DNA of 64,000 bases, from the NCBI RefSeq assembly GCF_001194135.2, contig NC_068992.1:20261235-20325234 (forward strand), written 5' to 3'. Made by a program: the position numbers and the translations under genes. Below, in pieces: positions 51,475 through 64,000 of this stretch. The notes below the pieces were generated by a model. It did no database searches, was not told where the DNA came from, and saw only the letters and a list, made by a program, of their open reading frames with translations. Within the stretch, counting starts at the first letter, position 1. Every line of letters begins with the position of its first letter. Source of the stretch: Octopus bimaculoides (Eukaryota).

Positions 51475-52059
51475 TGTGGACCTTTCAAATAATTTATAAA
51501 CAGCTTCCATAAGGAAAGATTATATAGCGCTTATATACTTTCCTTATAGGAAAAAGAAATAATTCTAATGAAACGTATAAATGCATAAATAAATTTATAA
51601 TGCATTTAGTGAGAGAAAACAAATATTGAAACCTGAAATTCACAAAGGGACCATGTGTCAAATGTGCAAATGTAAAAACAGCAACAATACAGTGGACTGA
51701 CATGTTAAGTCTTCAACAAAATTGGTTAGGAACCTAAATGAAAGAAAATTCGCGAGGCTTATTGTTAAAACTTTGACTGTAAATGATTTTTTACAGATGC
51801 AGTGGAATTGTGTGAATGACCATGCTGCAAGAGATCTGACAAAATTTTCTTGGCATGAAGATATGAAATAGACTGTATTATTAAGAAATAAAGGACAAGA
51901 AGTAAACATAGCAGTCTTTGTGTGTTCTTAAATGGCTAAATTGACTCTTCTAACTCTTTCACTTAAAACACACGATCTACTACCGAGCCACTTGCCAACA
52001 AGCACGACACTGAATTTAATAGTCCGTATCAAACAACTATTGGCCCATTATAACTAATG

Positions 52060-52250
52060 AAATAAACAGCGATCTGGTAGAATCGTTGGCATGCCGGACA
52101 AAATGCTTAGCGTTATTTTGTCCGTATTTACGTTCTGACTTCATCCTTCGGGATCGATGAAATATGTACCAGTTGTGCTCTGAGTTCGAAGAAATCGACT
52201 CGTCGCTTCCCCCAAAACTTCAAACTGTGCGCCAATATCAAAAACGATTA
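52060..52250 (+). mobile_element. SINE family 1, internally deleted copy
   Basis: gatctggtagaatcgttggcatgccggacaaaatgcttagcg...acgttctgacttcatccttcgggatcgatgaaatatgtaccag. Confidence 0.75.
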
Positions 52251-53034
52251 TATTTAATGAAAACAAAATCTGCTCTAGTATCAAAGGTTTGATAAACAAA
52301 AAACAATGTCTTGCCTAATATAAAATGACAGCTATTTCCTTCTGTTGATTTCCTTTTATTTTGTATCCACGTTATCTGGTCCCCGATTCTAGTGTAATTT
52401 TTACCCAGTATTATATTTTGTTGATACTGCCACAGCCGTATCTTGGTTTGCGTCAGACAAGCCATAGTCGATAAGCAGTTGCCTCAACAAAACTGTTTAG
52501 TTATGACGGATTGATCTCTTTTTCAGGCACGTTATATAAAACATCTACATTATCACAAAATACTTCCAGTTTTTTTTTTAACACGTCAAAATATATCCAC
52601 CAGTTTGAAAGACCCTACACGGGCTCAGTTTTTATATCAAACACTTCGGTATGAATATTATTTCGCATCGGTTCAAAACTGATTGAGGTCATATGATTGA
52701 CTACATTTCTTCCGCGACCATAATTATTATCAACAGGAAGAACAAAGAACCTCACTGAAGTGTGTACTTTGCGGTCGGTGTGGCTGCCATTTCTGGAATA
52801 TCACGAGAGACAGTACGTAGTTCCTGTCATTGGTGATGTAACGATTAATATTTTCATAACAGGTACAACGTCCAACTTTTTTTTGTTTCAGATGATATTT
52901 TTCCAGATGCTTGCAAACAATAATTTCTGTTTTGCTATCTTATATCATAGGAAAATCATTGAATATTAATTCATACCATGCTTATATGCTTCCATCACTA
53001 TCATTTTTATGGGTATTATTATCATCATTATTCC

Positions 53035-53240
53035 AGCGGCGAGCTGGATGAATCTTCAGACTGTCGAACAAAATGCTGAGCAGCATTTCTTCCGGCTTTT
53101 TATGAGCCGAATTCACATCGCGCTGAGGTCAACTTTTCATCCTTTCATGTTATTTATAATAAAGTATTAGGCAAGAACTCGAGTCGATGTTATCGACTGT
53201 CCCTCGCTCACTAAAACTTGTTGGTTTTGTTCCAGGTATT
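53035..53240 (+). mobile_element. SINE family 1, diverged copy
   Basis: gcggcgagctggatgaatc...aaatgctgagcagcatttc...gctgaggtcaacttttcatcctttc...gagtcgatgttatcgact. Confidence 0.7.
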
Positions 53241-54339
53241 TAAAAGTATTTTTTATCATTATTTTTTGTTGTTTTACTTATTTTGTGAATTAATTTTGTG
53301 AAAATTATTAGTTGCATAACTGATGATTTGAAAGTTATACAACTTCTTTTCTCGAAACTAAAATTGAGATCAACTTTCGAAAGATACATAAAACTTATTA
53401 AATAGTATAACAAAAAAAAATCCCATGTTTATTTCAAATAAATGTTAAAAGAATACGGACAAAGGTATCAATATTGCATATGTCAGATATGTTCCCCGTG
53501 GTGAAAAAAAAAGCAAAAACGAGATCATGTCGTTAAAAGTACGATATTTTTTCGAATTGGATGCTTTATTATATATAATAAAAAGTAAATGAATTGCCTG
53601 TATGTACAAATCCAGTAAAAAAATAATAAATAATAAATAAATAAAAAGAGCAACAGAAGCTGTTTTTACATTCTCCATAGAGTCTGAATGAATCACCAAT
53701 AGACATATAGCATATATATCTGCATCTCGTACAATATAGATTATAAATCTCGGCTTTGCATTGTATTTCCCGCGATATTTTATCAGAATCTGGCTTAACA
53801 GCTCAAAAAATATATATCTGGAGAACCAGTAACAGAGCAAATATGCTCTACATACGCCAGGTTCGAGAGAAATCTGTGTGATATGCATATAGAATTACAT
53901 ACATTGGAAATATTATTCGTTAGAAAACAAAAATGTAAAGCATACAATTAAAATTTCAGCTACAAGCATGGCATTTCTTAGTACTTGATCTTAGAATTTC
54001 ACGTAAAAAAGAAAGATGACAGTAGTGTACAAGCATCGACGTGACTCTATAGAATAATCAGAATTTTCATCAGAAGAGATTGTACCTAGACCTTGAATTA
54101 ATTTATGATGTTTGTCAAGGAACTTATCTATCGTTACACTTTTAAATGGCATAATTGCAATGATACACAATCTTTTGTGTCATTGTCAATGTTCTAATCT
54201 CCGTTCTTCCGATAAATTTATTCAGTTCAGTTCCGCTCTGTCACCTTTCTTCATGGCTAACATCCAGCAAATTTCATAGTTTAAACTTCCTTCCCTAACA
54301 TCGCTGAAACATGCCATTGCATCATTAACAAGCTAACGT

Positions 54340-54448
54340 GGAGCAACGTGAAATAAAGTGTCTTGCTCAAGGATACAACGCGTCGCCGGAAATTGAACTC
54401 ACGACCTTATGATCGTGAGCCGAATGCCCTAACCACTAAGCCACGCGC
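54340..54448 (-). mobile_element. SINE family 4, 5' (tRNA-like) part only
   Basis: Reverse complement gcgcgtggcttagtggttagggcattcggctcacgatcataaggtcgtgagttcaatttccggcgacgcgttgtatccttgagcaagacactttatttcacgttgctcc; Pol III A and B boxes present. Confidence 0.85.
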
Positions 54449-54499
54449 AAAAAAAGTTACACAAGCAATTACGTTTGGCATAACAAATGCTATGGAATT

Positions 54500-55825
54500 A
54501 TTTACAAAGTATTGGATGAGATGGTAAGCTCCAGTATAACATAGATAATGATTTCGGATACCACCAATAAAGGACATTATGGACAATGGTACTGTCCGTT
54601 TGATAATGAAGGATGGAACTCTAAAGATGCCGAAAGAGTTAGAAAAGGCTGCTACATCTTTGAGAATTAGATTCTAAAGAAAGAAATCTCGTAGCCTCTC
54701 TTGACAGAAAGTGAAATTAGAAGAAACAGTCGCCTTCACAGTAGCCAAGTAAAATATCCTTACCGTGGCTTAGGTCGAACGCCTAGGAAAGTGGTATAAC
54801 GAAACACTGAAAGATACAAAAAGGGAAACCAAAACCAAATAAATGGTGGGAAATTATGTAGAGGTCATAGACCAGTGTGAGCTGCCTAGCAAATACCGAG
54901 TTTGATGTTTGCAGTTCATGTTAATCCTGACCTTTGTCGGTTTACGATATCAACGCAAGTATTGTGGAGGACATGGAAATGAAATCCAACAAGTACACAA
55001 TGAGGTGGCTTGTTCTACAGGTTTCACTTATGCTGCACTGTACTGTCGCCAGGACAAGCTAAAGCTACCCTCAGTTCCATCGTTGCAGAGTACAAAGTCG
55101 GAAAAGCAAGGCTATGCTTGCAGACTCGGAAGACTTGGACGTGAGAACGATCCAGCATAAGTGGAAGACAGGCAGGGTATGAAAAATCCATAAGGCAGTG
55201 GACGCGATGATTATATTTTTGTTAAGCCCGGACCTAGCCAATAGGCAGAGACTGGGTACTCGGAGGTCAGACGAAATATGAGAAGAGATCTGACTCTAGA
55301 GAAAGTGAAAAAAGGGAGAGGATGCTATAACAACCCGGAAAGCAGTACATACGTGCCAACAGGGCCAGTGGACAACGTGGGAAGCTGCCCTATAGAAGTG
55401 TCTCTGCTAGAATTACCTATGACATATGGTGCCTCTTAAAATAATTTTTATTTCCATATCTGTCTAATTTCTCCTGCCTTTGAATACGAATGAAGTAAAG
55501 TGGGGCAAATTATATAGTTCTGGTTGTCTGGTCCGCGGGATAAACGGACAGTAGAACACATTCTGCTGTCTGCTGAGTAGCACTAGCCCAAGGAAGGTAC
55601 ATACGGAGGCACAATCAAGATATAAATAGAACGTGCACGTGATAAGTACGGCCAAATTAAAATCCATACCACCAAAGGAACTTGAGATAGTTGAAGAGTT
55701 CGAAACCACTGCCACAAAACAAGCAAAATGGATCAAGCATATGCAAAAAGGAACGGGCAGAATCATATTGAGGAGTGATGGGGCCAGAAGCCTCGTTCTA
55801 ACGATTCTGCCATCTGGGGTGGGGC
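54500..55825 (+). mobile_element. Hero-like RLE non-LTR retrotransposon relic (post-RT region and zinc knuckle)
   Basis: Broken frames give LGKWYNETLKD (54783), IDQCELPSKYRV*CLQFML, AALYCRQDKLKLP, SSIVAEYKVGKARL, QQGQWTTWE (55357), TVEHIL (55548) and ALAQGRYIRRHNQ (55580). This is the motif order I recall for Hero-clade ORFs. Confidence 0.75.
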
Positions 55826-56409
55826 GGGAAAGCACATGCTTACTGATAGACATTGCAGTCCATACCTAGCAAAATATTACCCCAAAAGATGTAGAAAAAT
55901 TGTCAAAGTGCAGTGACCTCGAAACTGATGTATTCAAGATGTGGTTCACGCATATGAAAACAATATCATTAATAAGTGGAGCATTACGTATCATAAAAAG
56001 CATATGAACAAAAAAAACGTGGACTTTCAGCAATGTACACTATCTTATAGTAGCCCTGTTAGGAACAGCCTATATCCTACGCAAGACCTATCAATTCAAT
56101 AATACAACCCAAACAAAATAATACACAAACACGAGACAACTCTGTATAGCAAACACCAAATAAAATGTACAACCACCAGCAGGTCAATATACACAATGCA
56201 TTACAAACGCAATACACAATACAAACACTAATGCAAATAATATGCTACGCCAGTCCCATAAAATGGAACTGGCCCAATGCAGTACCAGGAAGTGGTTGCA
56301 CTCCCACAGCAACACCAAAGTGTAGCAGGTGATATAGTAGAACAAAATGTTGAATAATAACAACAATATTATTATTATTATTATTATTATTATTAAGAAT
56401 AATAACAAA

Positions 56410-56475
<66 letters not shown>

Positions 56476-56500
56476 GATAACAACAACAACAACAACAACA
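55826..56500 (+). mobile_element. R4/Dong-type RLE domain, 3' UTR and (TAA)n tail
   Basis: Reads STCLLIDIAVHT*QNITPKDVEKLSKCSDLETDVFKMW...TISLISGAL and ALLGTAYILRK (56053), cf. CLLIDV.IP.D.NV..KE.EKLSKYKDLE.E..RMW and IALLGTAHILRK. (AAT)n/(AAC)n at 56350-56500. Confidence 0.8.
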
Positions 56501-56809
56501 AGATGCCATTACAGTGTGACAAGAATGATCTATCACGGCCTACAAAGAGCAAAGACGTGGTATCAGCAAACCACAGATGGCGTCACCGAAAAAAGAGTAC
56601 TGCAAAATCCTGTAGGATGCAATGATCCAGTGCGATCACTTGACCAGTCATAGGAAAGTGGGCATTGGTACGACCGTTGTGTCCGCGATTAAACTGTGGG
56701 AACCGTGTTGCTGGCGGTAAGCCGTTGCAAAAAGCTTAGATCAAAATTCTTTGTACTTCTATGAGATAGAAATCTACATTCCAATATATTTTAGTTTCTA
56801 AAATATCTC

Positions 56810-56985
56810 TTACTTTCTGTATTTTACTTGTTTCCATCATTAGAATGCAGCCATGCTGGAGCAATGTCTTGATGAATTTTTGCAATTTTTAATCGAACAA
56901 ATCGACGCCTACTTCTACTTCTTATTTTCTTTTTAAAACCTGGTGCTTATTTTATCAGTTTTTTACATTTACCGCTTAGCAAAGA
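56810..56985 (-). mobile_element. SINE family 3 tail fragment
   Basis: attttacttgtttccatcattagaatgcagccatgctggagcaatg...aatcgaacaaatcgac. Confidence 0.65.
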
Positions 56986-56994
56986 TTGACCTTG

Positions 56995-57388
56995 AACTTT
57001 GCTCTGCTTGTGCTTTAAGCTTTAACGTTCTAGCTTACTTTTGCTGTTTAGAACTGTGTTTGGAAGGAAGGTTTGTAGCGTGTGATCATCGTATTGACCA
57101 TGACAGAGAAAGCTGTCATAGCGATATCTGCTCAGAGGCGGACGCAAAGTTGCAGAAAGCGTATAGAGAGGAGTGCATGAGCTGTACACAAGTGAACGAG
57201 TGGTTCAGACGTTTCCGAGATGGCCGGAAAAATGTTGATATTGACGATAGTTCTGGGAGCCCTGCAGCCAGCAAAAATGAGCAAAACATTGCAGATGTAC
57301 ATGCAGCTGTTAGTGGGGAATCGTCAAAATACCGTACGTGTGTTATCAGAGGATATGCAGATTAGTTACAGATCAGTCCATTATCATT
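56995..57388 (+). mobile_element. Mariner-type relic, same family as 56-510
   Basis: ATG at 57100. ORF 56943-57365 contains DAKLQKAYREECMSCTQVNEWFRRFRDGRKNVDIDDSSGSPAASKNEQNIADV; nucleotide-colinear with 150-485. Confidence 0.85.
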
Positions 57389-57599
57389 GTGCAGCTGCGA
57401 ATAAATAGAAGACAAACGGGGTTTCAGCTGTACAAGATTTTCTTGGTCGTGTGGAGAACGAGAAAAACTTTTGGGAAACTTTGCGTAACCCTCTGAGCAG
57501 GTGTCGCCAGGCGTTTGGCAAAATTTGATGCAGATTTTCTGCTGAACTTTCTAACCCTGTGCCAATCGGCTTCCCTCTGCGTACCTCAGCTTTGTTACT

Positions 57600-57656
57600 A
57601 CGGCAAGTATGGTGGTGCTCCAGCTTGGCTACTGTCAAATGACTGAAACACGTGAT

Positions 57657-57689
<33 letters not shown>

Positions 57690-57850
57690 CAACGGGATTC
57701 TTTCAGTTTCCTTCTAACGAATCCACTCACAAGTCTTAAGTCAGCTTGAGACTACAGTAGAAGACATTTGCACAATGTGACAAGCGGTTGGACTGATTCA
57801 GATCCATGCGGCTGTGAAGCAAGTTTCCGAGCACGTAGCCATGCGTGCGC
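57600..57850. mobile_element. SINE family 3 tail (+, 57600-57660) abutting a family 3 head (-, 57690-57850) across (TA)n
   Basis: ggtggtgctccagcttggctactgtcaaatgactgaaacac; then tttcagtttccttctaacgaatccactcacaag...gtagaagacatttgcac. Confidence 0.65.
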
Positions 57851-58359
57851 CTAAAATAATAAATTTGAACACAATATATCGAGTGGAATACTCCCAAGTG
57901 ATCTGTGGTGTGTGCGCCAAATGCCTTAGTCATCAACATTCAATCGCTAATATTTTAGAAAGAGAGCGAATAAAACGAGACGCTGGAAGCATATCCAAAT
58001 ATATAAACATCCCTGTAGGTTTGTATAAAATGAAATTGAATGGACACGGTTATTATCACTATAACCCTTCCATTCATGAATGTGTTTGTTTAATTAGGTA
58101 AATATCGATATTTTCAGTTCTAATAACCGATCGCAATAGATTAAGAATAAAGGAAATATCGTTTTTATTGAGAAACAGTAGAAAATACACGATTCACTTC
58201 ACCGTGCAGCTGCGAATAAATAGAAGAACAGGAATCCAGTCACTACGAACTTGTATGGACGAATACAGTTTTATTTTATTCATTATTATTATTATTTTTT
58301 TTGGTCTTGTGCATTTGTAGTAACATTTATTATTTTCTATTCTCTCACCCCAAACAGTC

Positions 58360-58680
58360 TAGTGACTTCTGAGTGAATTTGATAGACGGAAACTGTGTCG
58401 AAGCCCTACGTGTATATATGTGTGTGATTGTGTGCGTGTGTATTTGTGTGGGTCCATGTGTATGTTTTTGTTTGTATTTGTCCCTACCTATCACCTGTCA
58501 ATCGGTGTTAGTGTGTTTACTTCCAAGCAATTCAACAAAAGACACACAGAGAACAAGTACCAGATTCAGACGTAAGTATTGCGCGGAGTTGGTGACCGAT
58601 ATATTCGACTAAACCCTTCAAGGCAGTGTCCCAGCGTGGACGCAGTCCAATGATTAGATCAAGGACAAGGGAAATAATGA
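58360..58680 (+). mobile_element. SINE family 3, 5'-truncated copy
   Basis: gagtgaatttgatagacggaaactg...(gt)-rich...atcggtgttagtgtgtttac...atattcgactaaacccttcaaggcagtgtcccagcgtggacgcagtccaatg. Confidence 0.75.
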
Positions 58681-59716
58681 AAGCAGAAAAAAGAGAAAAC
58701 AATTCCAAATATAGAAGGAATATTTCACACCAACTGCTACTGGAAAAACCGCAACACTATATCGCAGCTCCGACACTAAGACTTCATTATCCATGTCATG
58801 TCGCAATAGAAAATAACCATATCATTAGAAGGCAGAGAGAGGATAATTAAAACCTCTCCTATACAAATAATACCATATCTCTTCCAGAGAAGTCTCCTAA
58901 CACTTCTGCTTAGCACTGATAACGTTTACAAATTTGCTGAATGACGCTAACAGCTATGATAAAAACAGGTGTTAATTTCCCGGGCGAGTTTCATAGTAAC
59001 ATAGGAAAAAACTTTACGTATCACTAACACTCATAAAACTACTGAATGGAGAAAGCTATTTTTCTTTGGTTTCTTCATTAGGTAGCTCACTATTGCACAT
59101 AGACAATATGGTAGAAATTTTGACCAATAATCCACGCAGTTGTTGCGAACATGAAGCTATGTTGATGCATAACGATACTGTAAATACATGGCGATCCTTG
59201 CATCCAAATCACAAACATTGCATGTATTTATTTATATATTCATTTGGCAGAATGGTTAGGTGCGTAGGAAAACAAAAAGTACTTTGCTGTATTTTTTCCA
59301 GCTCTTAAATTATAAGTTCGGTTCTTGCCGAAGACATGTTTGCTTCTCATTCTTTTGAGTTCATTAAAATAAAATACCAGACACGTACTGCGGTCAGTGT
59401 TTTTCAGTCTGTCTACCCCAACAATTGCTAGCATGGGACCAGAATTCAAAGCAACTATTGTAAGACAGTGAACTACGAGAATTGTTAGAATGCCAGATAA
59501 AAAAATCTTAGCAGCACTTCGTCCGACGCTACACTATAAGTTAAAATTCCACCGACGTCTACATTGCCTTTCACCCTTTCAGTGTCAACAAAATGAAGTA
59601 CAAGTCAATAACTGTATCGATAACCCTTCCACCAGAACCTTAGACATTGTGCCAATACTAGGAACAATTATTATTATCAATTTGTGTATTCACATATATT
59701 ATACATATTTTTCTGT

Positions 59717-60098
59717 GGAGGCGCAATGGCCCAGTGGTTAGGGCAGCGGACTCGCAGTCATAGCATCGCAGTTTCGATTTCCAGACCGCGTGTTGTGAGT
59801 GTTTATTGAGCAAAGACACCTAAAGCTCTACGAGGCTGCAGCAGGGGAGCGGGGAAACCATTCTCTATTCTTTCACCACAACTTTCTCCTACTCTTACTT
59901 CCTGTTTCTGTTGTACCTGTATTTCAAAGGGCCAGCCTTGTCACACTCTGTGTCATATTGAATCTCCCCGAGAACAACGTTAAGGGTACACGTGTCTGTG
60001 GAGTGCTCAGCCACTTGCACGTTAATTTCACGAGCAAGCTGTTTCTTTGACCGGATCAACTGGAACCCTCGTCCTCATAACCGACGGAATCCCACAAC
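59717..60098 (+). mobile_element. SINE family 2, full length
   Basis: ggaggcgcaatggcccagtggttagggcagcggactcgcagtcatagcatcgcagtttcgatttccagaccg (A and B boxes) ... taagggtacacgtgtctgtggagtgctcagccacttgcacgttaatttcacgagc...ggatcaactggaaccctc. Confidence 0.9.
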
Positions 60099-60919
60099 TT
60101 ATTTTTCTGTTTACCATTTAAGAGAATTTGTTAGAGTAAATTACATTGCCATTTTCTTGCGAAACCATACACGCCTCCCGAATAATGGTTTCTATTTCCT
60201 GCTCCTTGAGGTTCAAATAGGAAAAACTATTTTTGAAACCTGTGCTTTGGAGACACTATTAACTTGAATGAAGGAATCGTCTTCGTGTGCCTTCCAAAAG
60301 CGAAATTAAATATGTCACTCCAGATTTCAACTGCTGCCGTTGTTGTAAGAGCGTGGATGCCTCTCTCTTTCTATCTTCCTCTCTCTTTCTTTCTTTCTTT
60401 CTCTCTCTCTCTCTCTCACACACACTTTTCTCTCTCTCTCTCACCCTTTCTCTCACGTAATACCAACCAGTGTTTTTATCATAGTTATTGTACTCGGAGT
60501 AATACAGAGACAGTTCAAACACTTCTGAACAACTTCTCATCTCCAAGGTCAACATTTACGAAAATAGTACTCTCTTGTTCAATACCACATGCAGTACTCG
60601 TCCATCATCGAACCACGTAGGATATAAATAAAGTGACATTTCATATATCATGGAAGCCTTCAAACCGATGCCTTTTTATTGGTCTCTTGTCACAAAGTTC
60701 AATACCAGCTTCATAGAATCTGTCTTTCTCATGTTCTTTTTTTCTTTTAGCACTATTCTCTAATTATTAAGAAGAACACTTCCAACAAAACGGTCGCCGT
60801 GAGGAACGAAGAAGCAAAAGCAGTAATAAGAAGTAAAAGAATAAATGTAAAAACAATTTCCTTATAAAGTTTAACAGTAACATTGGAAATGTTCAGTTAA
60901 AAACAATTATACTTTTTCA

Positions 60920-61265
60920 GTTCTTTTATTCTTTTACTTGTTTCAATCATTTAACTGCAGCCATGCAGCAACACCACCTTTAAGGGTGTTAGACGAAAAA
61001 GTTGACTTATTCTTTGTATGCCTAGTAATTATTATATCGGTCCTTTTGCCGAACCACTAAGTAACGGGAGCTTAAATATACGAACATCAGTTGTCAAGCG
61101 ATGGTAGGGGAACAAACGAACACACACACACACATAATATGTAAGACGGACTTCTTTCACTTTTCGTTTACAAAATCCACTCACTAGCTCGAGGTGCCGC
61201 GCAGTGAGACTGAACCCGCAACCATGTTGTTGGGAAGCAAGTTTCTTACCACACAGCCATGCGTG
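60920..61265 (-). mobile_element. SINE family 3, near full length with a small internal deletion
   Basis: Reverse complement runs from atggctgtgtggtaagaaacttgcttcccaacaacatggttgcgggttcagtctcactgcgcggcacc through (tg)n to ...gctgcatggctgcagttaaatgattgaaacaagtaaaagaataaaaga. Confidence 0.85.
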
Positions 61266-63399
61266 TAACCAAGTATTAGCCTGCTGACTTGCAACAACAC
61301 CATTGTTTATTGCAGGAAATAATGATACGGAAGCAATAAGATGCGAGAAGATGGAAGAGGATGTAGCTACGTGTTGATCAGTCATACAATACATAATTTT
61401 CTAAGCTTCTAACAAACCAAAAATTGTACAAGAAAATACACAGACATCACAAGACGCAACAAAAATAACGATACCAAAAGCCAAGCACAACTTTTACACC
61501 CAGCGCAAACAATTTCATTGCTGCTGACTTTAGAAATAAGGGATTTAGTAAAGTCCCAATGGATTTGAGCAAACACATGGCAACGTGCCATATAATTGAC
61601 GTCTAATACAAACACATAAACATACGCAGTGCAATCGAGAATGAAAACTGTGACTTTTTATCCCAAATGAAGCAAATAAAATTATTTGGGGCGGAGACAT
61701 ATTTAACCTTTAGAAATTACACACACAAAATTGCCGGTTGTTGCAACAAATATGCACTTGGTTTGCCGCCACTTGGCCAATGAACTTCGGCCATTAGTTT
61801 TAGAGGAAGTAACTTCACCGAAACCAAGTTTCTAGGGTGCACGCAGCCACATCTGGCATTGAACAGTATAAGATTCATGTAACTCTTAGTTAGCCTCATA
61901 CAGGTTTAATGGAAAAGGTGTAGTGTTTCAAAAATTAAAGTCCTCATTGTACGAACAATTTCTCTGTACTTGGCTAAGTCGCTGTTGCTGGATATGAGCG
62001 AAACAAATTCAATTGATGCAATAACTTTCTTGTCTAATTTCTGGTTCGTGCTGAATTATACATCGGCTGTCATTGGTCATTTTCAGTCGCCTATCAGCTT
62101 TTCTGTTAAATAAGCATATCTTCTTGGTGAACAGAAAACCCTTCTGGGGTAAGCGATCTTAAGATTGATTTCGATGGCCAAATGTCGCATTCATGTGCGA
62201 CAGAAAAAAGAGACTGAGAAACAGAGTGAGAGAGAGAGACGGAGAGAGAGGGAGAGAGAAAGACAGACAGAGAGATTCACAGACTGATGATGAAAGATCG
62301 AGAGATAGCAGAAAGAAGATAAGGGTAAAAAATCAACGTTACATGTTGACTGATAATGTATATCAATTATTTAAAGTAGAAAGGCAAATTTGACCTCGGC
62401 AACATTTGAACTGGAATACGTTCTATTCAGTGTTCTGATGAATCTCCCAATCTGTTACTTCTTTTCTTTTTTGGTTTTGTATTGGTTATCTATATAGATT
62501 ATAGATTATATCCAGTTCCTGACATTGTGTTATAATGTCAAACATTTCACTAATTAATACAAACCAAACTAATATTTGTGTATTACATTTCATTTATCCA
62601 GTATTTTATATACAGCCATTTTCAACATCAGTGTTTCTAGTCAGCAAACGTCTTATCGCTCTCCTGGTAAGTAATTCGACAAGAAATTAAAAGGTTTTTC
62701 ATGATGCTGGGAAGCATTTTATAGACGGTGTTTTTATTAATTATCACTTGAGGAATTAATGCGTTTCTACCTTGGGTGTAGAGTCGTGTTTTAGTTCTGT
62801 TTGCTCACTATTTCAAGGCATACTGAAACAATGTCTGCTTGTCAGGTATTTCTCTTAGAAAATAAAGGTGATTCAGAACGTAGGGTTTGCGTTTTCACTC
62901 AGTTGCTATTGTTGAAGTGTTAGTAAGATTTTTGACTGATAAGTTGTATCATTCTAAACTACTTTCTTCTTTGTGTTGACTGTCCCTTCTTGTACGTTTT
63001 ATTTCCCGTTTATATTACTCAGTAAATTTTGTTATGAGTTGTGCATTGTTTTCAAATACCCATGGTTTTTGGTTTATATAATTTACTATCTGTATACGAG
63101 CTCACATTTTACGAAACCTTATGCATGATTATGCTGGTATATTTCCTGAAAAAAATGTTTCTTTAAATTCATTCGTGCATGTTATGTTTTTATTGATGTC
63201 TTATCTAGCTTTTATTTGTGTTGTTTGCATCCTTTTCATGTTGCCTCATAAATTTTCCATTTCATTTGTATTTAATAGTATTCAATGTAGTTTATATATT
63301 TCCAATTTTGTAGAGAGGATTTGGTGAACAGCCTCACGCTATGAGTCTAAAGTCCGCTCCCCTACAGTAATAACTCTACTAAATAAATACAATAGATCA

Positions 63400-63640
63400 T
63401 TCAGGTAGTCTATGCGGTTGGCAGAAGTTTATATAGAGGGAGAATTCACACAAAAAAAGACGAAGGTAGGTAGTGTAGACAACAAACAGTTGTATTAGTT
63501 TAACGCTCGGAAAGTGAAAAAAGTCTTTAAAGTTTCGAGCCTACGCTTTTCCACAGAAAGGAACACAGAAAGAAACAAGGAGAGAAAATAAAGAACGTAC
63601 AGTGGCTAGCGTTCTATGAGGGCGAATGCCGGACAGGGGT
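63400..63640 (-). mobile_element. Interspersed repeat, Penelope-like terminal region (same family as 43510-43610)
   Basis: Reverse complement contains ttctgtggaaaagcgtaggctcgaaactttaaagac...tttccgagcgttaaactaatacaactgtttgttg. Confidence 0.5.
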
Positions 63641-63910
63641 TACACAAGATAGCTAGGAAGAAGGGGAGATAATAAAGTACTGGTGATCCCAAAACGAAGG
63701 TGTGCGTGTGTTTGTATAAGAGAGTACGTGTGTGTGTGTGTGTGGAAGAGGGCGGGTGGCATTGACGTGTGTGTCGTGGTGTGATGTGATGTGATGTGGT
63801 GTTGTGTGGCATGGCAATGTATGGTGTAGTGGTGTTTGGTGTGATGGTGGTGGAAGGTGGGTGAGGCGAGAACGGGAAAAGCAAGGGTGGGATGTGGGTA
63901 GGCTGAGAGT

Positions 63911-63939
63911 GGGGTAGAAGTGGGGTATGAGGGAGTGGG
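63911..63939 (+). other. Putative G-quadruplex motif
   Basis: GGGG-tagaagt-GGGG-tatga-GGG-agt-GGG fits G3+N1-7 four times; more G-runs at 63876-63900. Confidence 0.6.
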
Positions 63940-64000
63940 TGTAAGAGATGGGCAGGGTGGTGTGCGATAGGATGGATAGGGAAGGTGACATATATATATA

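Noticed and set aside
54340-54448. tRNA-like sequences with A/B boxes here and at 59717, 7800-7873, 27900-27989
   Set aside because: No complete cloverleaf or acceptor stem, and each continues into a SINE body, so they are SINE heads, not tRNA genes.

Overview
This is AT-rich, microsatellite-dense eukaryotic genomic DNA with 15 N-gaps. The repeat families and simple-repeat load fit an octopus (coleoid cephalopod) draft assembly; the species is an inference. The only host gene I can support is on the + strand: five GT-AG, phase-1 exons (17299-17448, 30934-31062, 43011-43298, 44499-44675, 46527-46642). They splice into about 286 aa of a GPI-anchored immunoglobulin-superfamily adhesion protein of the lachesin/DIP/IgLON type (Ig2, Ig3, stalk, GPI signal). 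Its signal-peptide and Ig1 exons are not visible and lie upstream or in a gap. The rest is repeats: at least four tRNA-derived SINE families, Tc1/mariner relics, RTE, CR1, R4/Dong and Hero-like LINE relics, Penelope-like ends and microsatellites. Nearly all long ORFs in the track are artefacts of gaps or simple repeats. The best leads are a ~220-bp-arm foldback hairpin (5702-6150), an RTE LINE with a 5'-inverted (twin-priming-like) structure, a Hero/Dong LINE junction in register at the endonuclease, a degenerate hammerhead ribozyme skeleton, and splice options that would give secreted forms of the Ig protein. There is no CRISPR array, rRNA or true tRNA gene. All family assignments come from manual translation and recalled motifs, not database searches.
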